Shown in pieces: positions 16,530 to 25,966 of a DNA stretch of 61,139 bases. Made by a program: the position numbers and the translations under genes. The notes beneath the pieces are model-generated. The model worked only from the letters and a program-made list of their open reading frames with translations, was not told the DNA's origin and searched no databases. Source of the DNA: Desulfobacterales bacterium S7086C20 (GTDB taxonomy: Bacteria > Desulfobacterota > Desulfobacteria > Desulfobacterales > C00003060); NCBI GenBank assembly GCA_001751075.1, contig MAVP01000001.1, forward strand, positions 1-61,139. The letters run 5' to 3'. Numbering within the stretch: position 1 is the first letter of the stretch; the number at the start of each line of letters is the position of its first letter.

Positions 16530-16616
16530 TGGTGCCGAAGGGGAGACTCGAACTCCCACGGACATACATCCACTAGACCCTGAACCTAGCGCGTCTACCA
16601 GTTCCGCCACTTCGGC
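16530..16616 (-). tRNA. tRNA-Leu (anticodon CAG)
   Basis: The reverse complement reads GCCGAAG...anticodon loop TTCAGGG...long variable arm...GGGAGTTCGAGTCTCCC-CTTCGGC-A-CCA. Length is 87 nt. Confidence 0.9.
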
Positions 16617-16725
16617 ATTTTGGAAGGCAGAAAAGAATTGATTTTGTAGCTGGATTGGTTTAAATAAAATGTTTTACTTTTTTTGTCAAGGTCCTTATGA
16701 AATACTTGATAACAGTGTCTTTACT

Positions 16726-17655
16726 ATGCAACTCATAACCAACCTAAAAGAAATTACCAGCCCTTTTAAAAATGCCGTTGTTACAATCGGCAACTTCGAT
16801 GGCGTTCATGTCGGGCATCAAGATCTTTTCCGCCAAGTTATCGAAAAAGCAAAGGTCCTTGGGGGTCAATCTGTAGTCATTACCTTCGAACCTCATCCCA
16901 CCCGTGTACTCAATTGCAACAAACACTTTCCCATGATTACCCTTTATGAACAAAAGGTTGAACTAATCAGCAAGACAAATATAGATGTTTTACTATGCAT
17001 ACCCTTTACTCCTGAATTTGCCGCTATACCGGCTCGCGCATTTGTGGAAGGTATCTTGTGGAACACCATCGGGATGAAGGCAATTATTGTCGGGCCTGAT
17101 TATTCGTTTGGGAAAAAGAGGGAGGGGAACATTGACTTGTTAAGAGAAATTGGGGAGAAGCTTGGGTTTGATGTAATCATTTCTGATTGGATCGAACAAG
17201 GACCTCATCGAATCAGCAGCACTGAAATCCGAAACCTAGTAAAAGAAGGCAAGGTTGGTGCAGCCTCCAAGCTTCTGGGGCGACTCTACCAGATTCGAGG
17301 TACTGTCAAATGCGGGCGGGACCGAGGTGGAAAACTGCTCGGTTTTCCTACCGCCAATCTTACACTTTATGATGAGCTGTGTCCCAAAACAGGTGTGTAC
17401 GCAGTAACCGTAGAATATAAGGAAAACTCTTACAAGGGAGTGGCCAATATAGGCTACAGCCCAACCTTTAACAACGGACAGTTTAACCTAGAAGTTCACA
17501 TCTTTGATTTTCATCAAAATATCTATGGACAACTCATCCGGGTTAATTTTGTTCAGCGCCTGCGCGAAGAGATAAAGTTCCCGGGACCAGAGGCACTTGC
17601 CACTCAGATTAGAAAAGACATCATCAGGGCCAAGGAAATTCTATCCAAAAGATGA
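16726..17655 (+). CDS. ribF: Bifunctional riboflavin kinase / FMN adenylyltransferase
   Basis: GNFDGVHVGHQ, and GRDRGGKLLGFPTANL in the kinase domain. Confidence 0.9.
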   Translation: MQLITNLKEITSPFKNAVVTIGNFDGVHVGHQDLFRQVIEKAKVLGGQSVVITFEPHPTRVLNCNKHFPMITLYEQKVELISKTNIDVLLCIPFTPEFAAIPARAFVEGILWNTIGMKAIIVGPDYSFGKKREGNIDLLREIGEKLGFDVIISDWIEQGPHRISSTEIRNLVKEGKVGAASKLLGRLYQIRGTVKCGRDRGGKLLGFPTANLTLYDELCPKTGVYAVTVEYKENSYKGVANIGYSPTFNNGQFNLEVHIFDFHQNIYGQLIRVNFVQRLREEIKFPGPEALATQIRKDIIRAKEILSKR

Positions 17656-17726
17656 CCGTATATTTCCTCTGTTTGATTGCACCATATTTTGGGATGGCCC
17701 GCATCAACTGGGAACCATAAGCTCTT

Positions 17727-18836
17727 ATGTCCAGAAAAAAGAAAATCTTTTTTTCCCTGGCAATAGGTATTGTGCTTTCCGGCATTGCACTTTATATAAC
17801 TTTTAAGAACATCCCCCTCGAAGATCTAGCTGCCTACTTAAAGACCATCAATTACTGGTGGACCGTTCCCACAGTCATTGTGGTATTCACTGGCTTTGTG
17901 CTCAGGGTCATAAGGTGGCAATTGCTCCTTGGTCCTGTAAAAAAGACATCGTTTTTTGACGCTTTTCATCCACTGATGATCGGATTTTCCTTAAATTGTC
18001 TTCTGCCCGCCCGCATAGGGGAACTGGCCCGGCCGGCTATCTTCTGCAAAAAGGAAAAAGTCCCCTTTTCCAAGGTGCTGGCTACCGTAGGCGCTGAGAG
18101 GGTTTTTGACGTCGCCGTATTGCTTCTTTTTTTCGCAGTAGTGCTGGCAACCGTAGAAATCAACCCAAACCTTGACCTTACTTTTGGTAAATACCACCTT
18201 AACAAGGCTACTCTGGAGAGGGTTGGAATGACAACGCTAAAACTTTGCCTTGCGATGCTTGCGTTAATTGCGTTGATAATCGCAAGGCAAAGTCACACGG
18301 TCATAAGGAGGGCAATCCTGCAATCGCCAAAGCTTTTTTTCTTTTTAAGCAACTCCTTTAAGGAGAACCTACGAGAAGGGCTTTGCACAAAGCTGGTCTA
18401 TGTTTTTGACAATTTTGCCAGTGGATTTGACCTTCTGAAAAGCCCGAAGAAACTTGCCCTTTGCCTTGCACTCTCCCTTTTGGTATGGATATTTTCTGGG
18501 CTTTCTTATTATACCCTGGCCTTTGGTTGTCCCGGGATTGAAATTTCATTCCTTGAGATGTGTGCAGTAATGGTGATACTCTGTTTTTTCATTTCCCTTC
18601 CTTCTGTTCCCGGCTTCTGGGGGTTGTGGGAGGCTGGGGGTGTCTTCGGGCTGATGATTTTTGGTGTTTCTGCTAAAGAGGCGGCAGGTTTTACGCTAGC
18701 CAATCACGTCTTTCAAATGGTCCCTGTAATCGTTATTGGTCTTATTTCTCTGGTTATTACCGGTGTCAGTGTGGCACAGCTCGGTTACGATGCAAAGATC
18801 GAAGACAAGGCTGCGGGAGGAAAGTCTCTGGATTGA
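17727..18836 (+). CDS. UPF0104 / lysylphosphatidylglycerol-synthase-TM-region-like membrane protein
   Basis: Polytopic protein with LNCLLPARIGELARP, typical of the flippase-like domain family. Confidence 0.6.
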   Translation: MSRKKKIFFSLAIGIVLSGIALYITFKNIPLEDLAAYLKTINYWWTVPTVIVVFTGFVLRVIRWQLLLGPVKKTSFFDAFHPLMIGFSLNCLLPARIGELARPAIFCKKEKVPFSKVLATVGAERVFDVAVLLLFFAVVLATVEINPNLDLTFGKYHLNKATLERVGMTTLKLCLAMLALIALIIARQSHTVIRRAILQSPKLFFFLSNSFKENLREGLCTKLVYVFDNFASGFDLLKSPKKLALCLALSLLVWIFSGLSYYTLAFGCPGIEISFLEMCAVMVILCFFISLPSVPGFWGLWEAGGVFGLMIFGVSAKEAAGFTLANHVFQMVPVIVIGLISLVITGVSVAQLGYDAKIEDKAAGGKSLD

Positions 18837-18973
18837 GGCTGTACCCCAACTCTGGGCTTGCCACGGTTGCCGAACTCATGTAGATTATAATGAAGTCATA
18901 ATAAGCGGTAAACATCAGGCACGGCAGAGGGTTTGCCCCTGATTATTAAACATTTTATAGGAGGTAAAATGTA

Positions 18974-19996
18974 ATGAAAACCGTTAAACTGGCACTTTGC
19001 GTATGCCTTACCCTGGTGCTATTTGGCAGTTTTGTAAGTGCTGTAGAACAAGACAAGGCTTCACCTGTTATCGTAATAGAAGAGCCTACTTACAATTTCA
19101 AGCAGGTATCTCAAGGCGAAACAGTAAAACACGACTTCAAGGTCTTTAACAAGGGCGCGGCCCCCCTGGAAATCAATAGTGTCAAACCCGGCTGAGGTTG
19201 TAGTGTGGCACGGTATGACCGGACCATCCCTCCAGGAGGAGAGGGCAAAATCACGCTGGAAGTACACACGAAGAAATATCAGGGCAAGTTGCACAAGACG
19301 GCCCGGGTCTCAACCAATGACCCCAAGAATCCAAGCCTTACAATCGGCCTTAAAGGACAGGTGTGGGCCCCCATTCGTATCACCCCGCAGTATGCCCGTC
19401 TAAACGGCATGTTGGGTGAAAAAATCGAAACGATTGTCCACTTACAAGGCAATAAGAAGGAACCCCTTGAGATAAAACTGGCTTCTGTATCTATCTCCGA
19501 AAAGGTGGCGGTAGAATTACAAGAGCTTGAAAAGAAGAAGATCTATCAACTCAAGATAAAGAACAAGATCAACAAAGAAACCAGGTATAGTGGCCTAATC
19601 AAGCTTACCACCAACTACTCCGAAAAACCTGAGTTAGAAATACGTATTTCAGGAAATATCCGACCAACTGTTGAACTCAGGCCAAAAGCCCTAAACTTTG
19701 GTCGTATGTCCGAACAACGCTTGGAGCAGTTAAAGAAAAACGGTAGGCCCCTGAAACGCCCCATAATGGTGCTCTTAAACAAGGGCAAGGACCTTGAGAT
19801 TGAGAAGGTTGAACTGGAAAAATCGCTATTTAAGGCTGTTCCGAAGAAAATGTCACGAGGCAAAATGGCCCAAATCATTGTTGAACCAATCTTTGAAAAG
19901 CTCAAAAGGGGGCCGAATCAAGATACTCTGAAGATCTATACCAATCAAAAGGACCACAAGGTTCTGGAAGCGACTATAAGGTTTGAAATCCTGTAA
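18974..19996 (+). CDS. Secreted DUF1573-domain protein with an in-frame TGA (candidate selenocysteine) at 19193..19195
   Basis: ORFs 18974..19195 and 19205..19996 are in the same frame. Read-through gives FKVFNKGAAPLEINSVKPG-U-GCSVARYDRTIPPGGEGKI, which matches the DUF1573 core (..SCGCT...PG..G.I). A signal peptide is present only on the first part. Confidence 0.7.
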
Positions 19997-20934
19997 TGGA
20001 TCCTTATCGTATTGTATTTATAGGTACCCCCGAGTTTTCTGTCCCAGCCTTGCAGGCACTTCATGATAATGGCTACAACATAGCTGCCGTTGTAACAAAG
20101 CCGGACAGGCCAAAGGGCAGGGGACAACATGTTATAGCCTCTCCGATCAAGAAGCTCGCTACGGCATATGGCTATTCTTTCTTGCAGCCGACTAGCGCCA
20201 AGGAAACCTGGTTTGAAGAAAATCTTGTAGCCCTTAATCCTGACCTTTTGGTTGTAGTTGCCTATGGTAAGATCTTATCACGATCCGTCTTGACAATCCC
20301 GCGTCTTGGCGCCATTAATGTCCATGCCTCCCTTCTTCCAAAATACCGCGGACCCGCTCCCATTCAGTGGGCTGTTATCAATGGCGATACACAAACAGGG
20401 GTGACCACCATGTGGATGGATGAGGGAATGGATACGGGAGATATCCTCTTAAAGGCCGAAATACAGATTAACTCCGATGAGACCTCCGCAAGCCTTCATG
20501 ATAAGCTTGCCCACAAAGGGGCCAAGCTGCTCCTTGACACTCTAAAAGAGCTAAAATCGGGGCATCTCTTGGCTACCCGGCAAGACAACTCCAAGGCCTC
20601 CCATGCCCCGTTTTTGAAAAAAAAGGATGGCCGGATCGAATGGAGCAAAACAGCAGATGCACTTGATTGCTTTATTCGTGGGATGGATCCGTGGCCGGGG
20701 GCTTTTACCTCCCTTTCTGGGAAGAGACTTAGGATATTTACCGCAGAGCAGATGCGTAAGACAACAAAACAACAGCCAGGGGTCGTTTTGGAAGGATTTC
20801 CCGGTGACCTTGAGGTGGCGACAGGCCGAGGTGTATTGAGCCTAAAAGAGGTTCAGCTTGAATCCGGGAAACGGTTGACTATTGATGATTTTCTTCGAGG
20901 CTATCCTGTACTGCCCGGCACGGTATTAGGTTAA
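19996..20934 (+). CDS. fmt: Methionyl-tRNA formyltransferase
   Basis: Typical Fmt sequence (IVFIGTPEFSVP, HASLLPKYRGPAPIQWA). Confidence 0.9.
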   Translation: MDPYRIVFIGTPEFSVPALQALHDNGYNIAAVVTKPDRPKGRGQHVIASPIKKLATAYGYSFLQPTSAKETWFEENLVALNPDLLVVVAYGKILSRSVLTIPRLGAINVHASLLPKYRGPAPIQWAVINGDTQTGVTTMWMDEGMDTGDILLKAEIQINSDETSASLHDKLAHKGAKLLLDTLKELKSGHLLATRQDNSKASHAPFLKKKDGRIEWSKTADALDCFIRGMDPWPGAFTSLSGKRLRIFTAEQMRKTTKQQPGVVLEGFPGDLEVATGRGVLSLKEVQLESGKRLTIDDFLRGYPVLPGTVLG

Positions 20935-20941
20935 CTGGTTT

Positions 20942-21215
20942 CCATCCATAAATGGCCCTTTTCCACAATCTCGGCGTCAAACGGCACGGTTGCTTGTGCG
21001 ACGTACCACGGTACGCCTCCGCGCAACCCCTTGTTCTCCTTGACCTTGTGGAAAATTGCTCATTTCTGACCGGCCTGCTTCCTGGAATGCCCGCCTTTTT
21101 AGCGGGCTGGAAGGAAGCTATAAAAGATAGTGAACTTCCTTACCGGGAAGCAAAAGCTTCAATTGGAAACTTACGCCAGTGCCCATTATTTGATAAACTA
21201 TTCGTGGATGGACAC
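20942..21215. repeat. Family D composite structured element (about 275 nt, multiple nested hairpins)
   Basis: Hairpins include CGTACC-AC-GGTACG, GCTTCC..GCCCGC-CTTTTTA-GCGGGC..GGAAGC and outer CCATCCA/TGGATGG. The last 55 nt recur at 54612..54666. Confidence 0.7.
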
Positions 21216-21225
21216 TAACTGAGAA

Positions 21226-22242
21226 ATGAAACGTTTTTTTAAGATAGGGGCATTTTTTAGTCTTTTCGGGATAATAGTGGCCGTTGCCGCATACGCTACG
21301 CTAAAACTCATAGTCAAAAGTGAAGACGTAGTGATCGTGCCGGACCTAGTGGGAAAAGATGTTGTGTACAGCTTGGAGCTTCTTACAGACCTTGGACTCA
21401 ATACGAAGGTCAGTGCCTATGAGTACAATGCCGACATTCCGAAAAATCATGTGACATACCAAGAGCCCGGCCCTGGAGCCGAGATAAAGAAGGACCGCGA
21501 CGTGAGAATAGTAGTATCCAATGGACCGCAAACGGTAGTGGTTCCAAATCTTATTGGGATAGATGTTCATAAGGCCAATATCATAATGGAAGGTAACGGA
21601 CTGACAAAGGGAACTATCTCCGAAACATATAACAACAGATCAACAGCAGGCGAAATTATAGCCCAGGCACTAGCTCCTGGAACACTGGTGCGGCGAGGCA
21701 AGGCCATTGATTTATTGGCAAGCCTAGGCAAACGACCCATAAGATTTGAGATGCCCTATTTAAAAGGCTATTCGGTGCAAGACGCCATCTTGCTCTTGGA
21801 ACACTCTCAACTTTCACTAGGCCAGGTTAGCTACGTTGAAGAAGACAACTTGCCCAAGGACATCATCATTAGGCACACGCCCCTGTCGGGCTTCCCTGTA
21901 GCATCGGGAAGCTTGGTGAATTTGACGGTAAATAGGTCGCATAAGCCGATCACTTATGACAAAGGGTTCCGTCTGTTTAGCTACCACATTGAACCTGGTT
22001 TCTTGAGAAAGCATATTAAGTTTCGCATGCAAGCATTTGGCTTTGTCTATGATCTCGTTGATGTGTTTGCAAAACCTGGCCAACGACTTCAGGTGCTATT
22101 GCCTTATGGAAATCAAGCCGGTTTTTTTGTATACGAAGATGACAATCTGGTTCTAACTCATTCTTCATCTAACGCCAGGCCCACATTCAGCCCATACTTT
22201 GACAAGAAACTCTCTATTGATAGCAAGGAAGGAGAAACATGA
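21226..22242 (+). CDS. Membrane-anchored protein with three PASTA domains and no kinase or PBP domain
   Basis: N-terminal TM helix, then repeated V.VP.L.G......A...L...GL blocks, then a C-terminal region of about 110 aa with no recognisable motif. Confidence 0.7.
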   Translation: MKRFFKIGAFFSLFGIIVAVAAYATLKLIVKSEDVVIVPDLVGKDVVYSLELLTDLGLNTKVSAYEYNADIPKNHVTYQEPGPGAEIKKDRDVRIVVSNGPQTVVVPNLIGIDVHKANIIMEGNGLTKGTISETYNNRSTAGEIIAQALAPGTLVRRGKAIDLLASLGKRPIRFEMPYLKGYSVQDAILLLEHSQLSLGQVSYVEEDNLPKDIIIRHTPLSGFPVASGSLVNLTVNRSHKPITYDKGFRLFSYHIEPGFLRKHIKFRMQAFGFVYDLVDVFAKPGQRLQVLLPYGNQAGFFVYEDDNLVLTHSSSNARPTFSPYFDKKLSIDSKEGET

Positions 22243-22895
22243 AACTCATAGCGCCATCCATACTCTCCGCAGACTTCTCGCGGTTAGGTGAAGAGATTAA
22301 GGCCGTTGAACTGGCAGGTGCCGATTGGATACATGTAGATGTCATGGATGGGCATTTCGTACCCAATATTACCATCGGTCCTCTGGTAGCAAAGGCGGCA
22401 AGAAAAACGACCGAGCTTCCCCTGGATGTCCACCTTATGATTGAAAACCCGGATCACTATCTTGAGGACTTTGCCAATGCTGGGTGTACGTATCTTACTA
22501 TTCACCCAGAGGCCTGTTACCATACTCACAGAACGGTCCATGCCATTCGTGACCTGGGTATGAAGCCGGGCGTAGCATTAAATCCTGCAACCCCGCTTTC
22601 TGTTGTTGAGTGGGTTATGCCGGATGTGGAACTCATTCTTGTGATGAGTGTAAATCCCGGCTTCGGGGGACAGAAATTTATCCCTCAGACCATAGAGAAG
22701 ATAAAGGATCTCAAGTCCATGATTCGTTCCAAGGGCCTGGATGTCCTTGTCGAGGTTGATGGTGGCGTGAATGAGGATACTATCAAGTCAGTCTCTGAAG
22801 CAGGTGCGGATGCATTTGTGGCAGGTTCAGCCATCTTCAAGAGTCCAGACTATGCCGGGACAATCAAAAGATTTCGTTCTCTTGTTGGAAGCTAG
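22239..22895 (+). CDS. rpe: Ribulose-phosphate 3-epimerase
   Basis: PSILSADF, HVDVMDGHFVPN, VMSVNPGFGGQKF. Confidence 0.9.
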   Translation: MKLIAPSILSADFSRLGEEIKAVELAGADWIHVDVMDGHFVPNITIGPLVAKAARKTTELPLDVHLMIENPDHYLEDFANAGCTYLTIHPEACYHTHRTVHAIRDLGMKPGVALNPATPLSVVEWVMPDVELILVMSVNPGFGGQKFIPQTIEKIKDLKSMIRSKGLDVLVEVDGGVNEDTIKSVSEAGADAFVAGSAIFKSPDYAGTIKRFRSLVGS

Positions 22896-23039
22896 GAGGC
22901 TGTCGGAGAATGAGATATTTTTTCCAAGGCCAAGGAAGGCGAAAATTTTAACCGCAGGAATATATTGACATATTTCGAGGATTAAAATTTGAGCCTGACG
23001 CAGAGATTGGGAAAAAGAGCCATTCTCGGATAGCCTCCT
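22894..23039. repeat. Imperfect palindrome of about 146 bp filling the rpe/rsmI convergent spacer
   Basis: AGGAGGCTGTCGGAGAATGAGATATTTTTTCC is mirrored by GGAAAAAGAGCCATTCTCGGATAGCCTCCT. The arms overlap both stop codons. Confidence 0.75.
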
Positions 23040-23985
23040 ACTCCTTTTTGAGCTTTAGGGCTGCATCATAGACGGCTTTTTTGGGAAGCCTATGCTTTCT
23101 GGCTACCTCCTTCACCAGGTCCGACAAGGAGCAGTTCTTGTCCTGGCGCAAACGCTTTAGGTGACACTGGATGGTCTTCTGGTCAATTTCTTCTTTTCTT
23201 CCATGTCCGGCAACCAGTAGTGTACACTCCCCCTTCAAGCTAGAGCGCTGTGACAACTCCTCTGCAATTCCGGTCAATTTATCTCTAAAGATCTCTTCAT
23301 GAATCTTGGTCAATTCTCTGGCCATGACAGCATCCCGGTCACCCATAATCTTTATCATCGTCTCAATCAGCCCAAGCAGTCTTTTTGGCGATTCATAAAA
23401 AACCAATGTCCGTGGCTGATCTTTAAGACTGTCAAGTAATTGAATACGTCTATTGGCCTTCCTAGGGGCAAACCCGACAAAAACAAAGCTATCAGTGGGT
23501 AGACCTGATACACTCAATGCGGCAACAGATGCCGAAGCCCCTGGAACGGGTATAACTGGAAGGGCTTCTCGAATAGCCTCCTTTACGAGATAATACCCCG
23601 GATCAGAAATCGAAGGCGTGCCGGCATCCGTAACAAGGGCAACAGAGATTCCGGATCTAAGCTTCTGAAGCAATTCAGGGGCACGCTTTTCCTTGTTGTG
23701 ATCATGAAAAGAAACGAGGGGAGTTGAAATCTTGTAGCGGGCAAGAAGCTTACGAGTTTGGCGAGTATCCTCAGCTGCGATAAGACCAGCTTCGGTTAAG
23801 GTTCTGATAGCCCGGAAGGTAATATCTTCCATGTTTCCAATGGGAGTCGCCACCACGAAGAGGGTGCCTGAACAAAGAAAAGGAGGGGAGGCTTTTGCGG
23901 GATTTTCAGTAGGCAAGGTCAAAGGCATTCCTAATAATTTCAACTTCTGATTGCCCTGAAACCAATCTGACGGCAACAACGTCAA
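23038..23985 (-). CDS. rsmI: 16S rRNA (cytidine1402-2'-O)-methyltransferase
   Basis: LFVVATPIGNMEDITFRAIRTL, TDAGTPSISDPG. The start is uncertain (23985 or 23928). Confidence 0.85.
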   Translation of the reverse strand: MTLLPSDWFQGNQKLKLLGMPLTLPTENPAKASPPFLCSGTLFVVATPIGNMEDITFRAIRTLTEAGLIAAEDTRQTRKLLARYKISTPLVSFHDHNKEKRAPELLQKLRSGISVALVTDAGTPSISDPGYYLVKEAIREALPVIPVPGASASVAALSVSGLPTDSFVFVGFAPRKANRRIQLLDSLKDQPRTLVFYESPKRLLGLIETMIKIMGDRDAVMARELTKIHEEIFRDKLTGIAEELSQRSSLKGECTLLVAGHGRKEEIDQKTIQCHLKRLRQDKNCSLSDLVKEVARKHRLPKKAVYDAALKLKKE

Positions 23986-24310
23986 AGCGTGCGTTGTTGT
24001 CCATCTGTCCTGTATTTTTCAGATACTCAAGAGCAACCATTGATATCTTCCGCTGTTTCCGAGGTGTAACAGCAAGCTTGGGATGTCCGAAGCTATCAGT
24101 ACGTCTTGCCTTCACCTCCACAAAGGCAAGCACACCTTTTTCTTTGGCAATGATATCTATCTCGCCGAGCTTAGAGCGATGATTCAATTCCAAGATCTTA
24201 TAACCATTCTCTTCCAAGGCTTTTACGGCAAGAGACTCACCAAAGGCCCCGACACTGCCTTTATCGTTGGTCGAACCATTATCCGGACGGTTTCTTGGTT
24301 TGCTATACAT
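23906..24310 (-). CDS. yraN: YraN-family (UPF0102) endonuclease-like protein
   Basis: GESLAVKALEENGYKILELNHRSKLGEIDIIA...FVEVKAR. Confidence 0.8.
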   Translation of the reverse strand: MYSKPRNRPDNGSTNDKGSVGAFGESLAVKALEENGYKILELNHRSKLGEIDIIAKEKGVLAFVEVKARRTDSFGHPKLAVTPRKQRKISMVALEYLKNTGQMDNNARFDVVAVRLVSGQSEVEIIRNAFDLAY

Positions 24311-24911
24311 ATTCTTTCACGCGGCGGAAGCTCTTTCGATGAATCCTACAACAACCAAAGTTTCTAATAGCATCACAGTGGGCTTTCGTACCATAGCCTT
24401 TGTGTTTTCCAAAACCAAACTCAGGAAAATCTATGTCATAGATTTCCATAATTCGGTCCCTGCTGACCTTTGCCACAATCGATGCCGCCGCTATCGACGA
24501 ACACCGACTGTCTCCTTGCTTTATCAGTTCTTGAGGTAATATCGATTTGATGGGGAAGGTACCGTCTATAAAGAGATAATCCGGGTGCGGACGAAGATTG
24601 TCAACCGCCATGGCCATAGAAACAAGGGTGGCCTGCAGGATGTTGATACTATCAATCTCAAACGGATCAACAATCCCTATACCCACAGAAACAGCATTCT
24701 CATAGATCATCCCGAAGAGGTGATTTCGTTTCTTGGGGGTCAATTTCTTGGAGTCGTTCAGACCCTCTAGCTGCACCCTTTCAGGGAGAATAACCGCAGC
24801 AGCCAGAACAGGACCAGCCAGTGGACCTCTTCCGGCCTCATCAATACCTGCAAGAAATGAGAATCCCTTCCCGTACGCCCTCTTTTCAAACCCTTCGGGA
24901 TCGATGCTCAT
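24303..24911 (-). CDS. rnhB: Ribonuclease HII
   Basis: GIDEAGRGPLAGPV, DSKKL, ASIVAK. Confidence 0.9.
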   Translation of the reverse strand: MSIDPEGFEKRAYGKGFSFLAGIDEAGRGPLAGPVLAAAVILPERVQLEGLNDSKKLTPKKRNHLFGMIYENAVSVGIGIVDPFEIDSINILQATLVSMAMAVDNLRPHPDYLFIDGTFPIKSILPQELIKQGDSRCSSIAAASIVAKVSRDRIMEIYDIDFPEFGFGKHKGYGTKAHCDAIRNFGCCRIHRKSFRRVKEYV

Positions 24912-24932
24912 GATTCAGCAACTGCTCACCAG

Positions 24933-25280
24933 CTATCGAGGTCGCAATTCTTTGATCCTTGCTGCCTTGCCTCTGAGCTTTCTAAGATAATAGAGCCTAG
25001 AGCGACGCACACGGCCGAGGCTGACCACTTCAATCGTATCAATACTCGGGGAATTCAACGGAAAGATCCGCTCTACGCCAATTCCATAGGAAATCTTTCT
25101 TATGGTAAACGTCGCATTCGTAGTACCTTTACGTTTTCTGATGACAACTCCTTTAAAGACCTGAATTCGTTCTTTCTCTCCCTCTCGAATCTTAACGGAG
25201 ACACTGACTGTATCACCAGGTCTGAAAGACGGCAGGTCAAAACGGACTTGTTCCTTTTCAATTGCCCTAATTATCTCCAT
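24933..25280 (-). CDS. rplS: 50S ribosomal protein L19
   Basis: ATG at 25280, 5 nt after GGAGGA. FRPGDTV.V...I.EG.KERIQ.F.GVVI. Confidence 0.9.
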   Translation of the reverse strand: MEIIRAIEKEQVRFDLPSFRPGDTVSVSVKIREGEKERIQVFKGVVIRKRKGTTNATFTIRKISYGIGVERIFPLNSPSIDTIEVVSLGRVRRSRLYYLRKLRGKAARIKELRPR

Positions 25281-25297
25281 AGCTTCCTCCAATTTAT

Positions 25298-25390
25298 CAG
25301 TGTTCAGTTACCAGGAATCATGGGTCAGTATTTCTTTTCTGATACCCGATCCCTGGCTCCTGTCATCAAATCCCTGTTCACTGACCACTG
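25298..25390. repeat. Imperfect palindrome filling the SPOUT-rplS spacer
   Basis: CAGTGTTCAGT...GGGTCAG is mirrored by CTGATACCC...GTTCACTGACCACTG. It shares the GGGTCAG/CTGACCC flavour of family C. Confidence 0.55.
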
Positions 25391-25966
25391 TTAAGTTTCT
25401 ACCCCTAAAAGTCTATCCAAGACTATAGCTGCAGCACAACGGACTGATAGATGATTATAGGCTGTCGGGCCCATAATAGGGGCAAGGACATAATCAGCCT
25501 CTTCAATAAATTCTCGGGTCAGTCCCCACGCTGTTCCAAACAAAAGCAATAATGATTCGCCGGCTTTCAATATCTCGGAAAGCCTATCGCAATCAATATT
25601 TTCCCGATGTGCATGTGCGTCAGTAACAACAGTAACAAGCCGCCCTTGGGCGTTATCAGAGACCTCCTTGACTACATCATCAAAAGAGGCGGCAATATTG
25701 ATCAGCTCCAATGCTTCCTTACGGTCGGGGTTATACTTTCCTCCAGCCCCTTTTGTCCAATGAGACGTAATCCTCTTTATCAGCTCCTGCTGATCTACTA
25801 GTGGAGTTACAATGTAGAAAGCCTCTACACCATATGTCTTGGCTGCCCTCGATATATCATGCAGATCAAGGTTGCTAACTGCTGAAGCAATAACATCTCC
25901 CGCTTTATTGTAAACGGGATAGTGTATTAACGCCAAAAAGACCCTGTTGTTATCCAGAGCTTTCAA
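25391..25966 (-). CDS. SPOUT-like RNA methyltransferase (Methyltrn_RNA_4 / DUF2168-type)
   Basis: It sits between trmD and rplS. The assignment rests on recollection that this family sits between trmD and rplS in related genomes, and on resemblance to LALIHYPVYNK...DLHDISR. Confidence 0.55.
   Translation of the reverse strand: MKALDNNRVFLALIHYPVYNKAGDVIASAVSNLDLHDISRAAKTYGVEAFYIVTPLVDQQELIKRITSHWTKGAGGKYNPDRKEALELINIAASFDDVVKEVSDNAQGRLVTVVTDAHAHRENIDCDRLSEILKAGESLLLLFGTAWGLTREFIEEADYVLAPIMGPTAYNHLSVRCAAAIVLDRLLGVET

Noticed and set aside
16373-16576. 67-aa ORF after the hydrogenase genes
   Set aside because: It spans a clear rho-independent terminator and overlaps the antisense of tRNA-Leu, so it is not a plausible gene.
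20952-21218. 88-aa ORF between fmt and the PASTA gene
   Set aside because: It lies entirely within the family D hairpin-rich element, has no RBS, and its sequence follows the palindromic arms. It is treated as a translation artefact.
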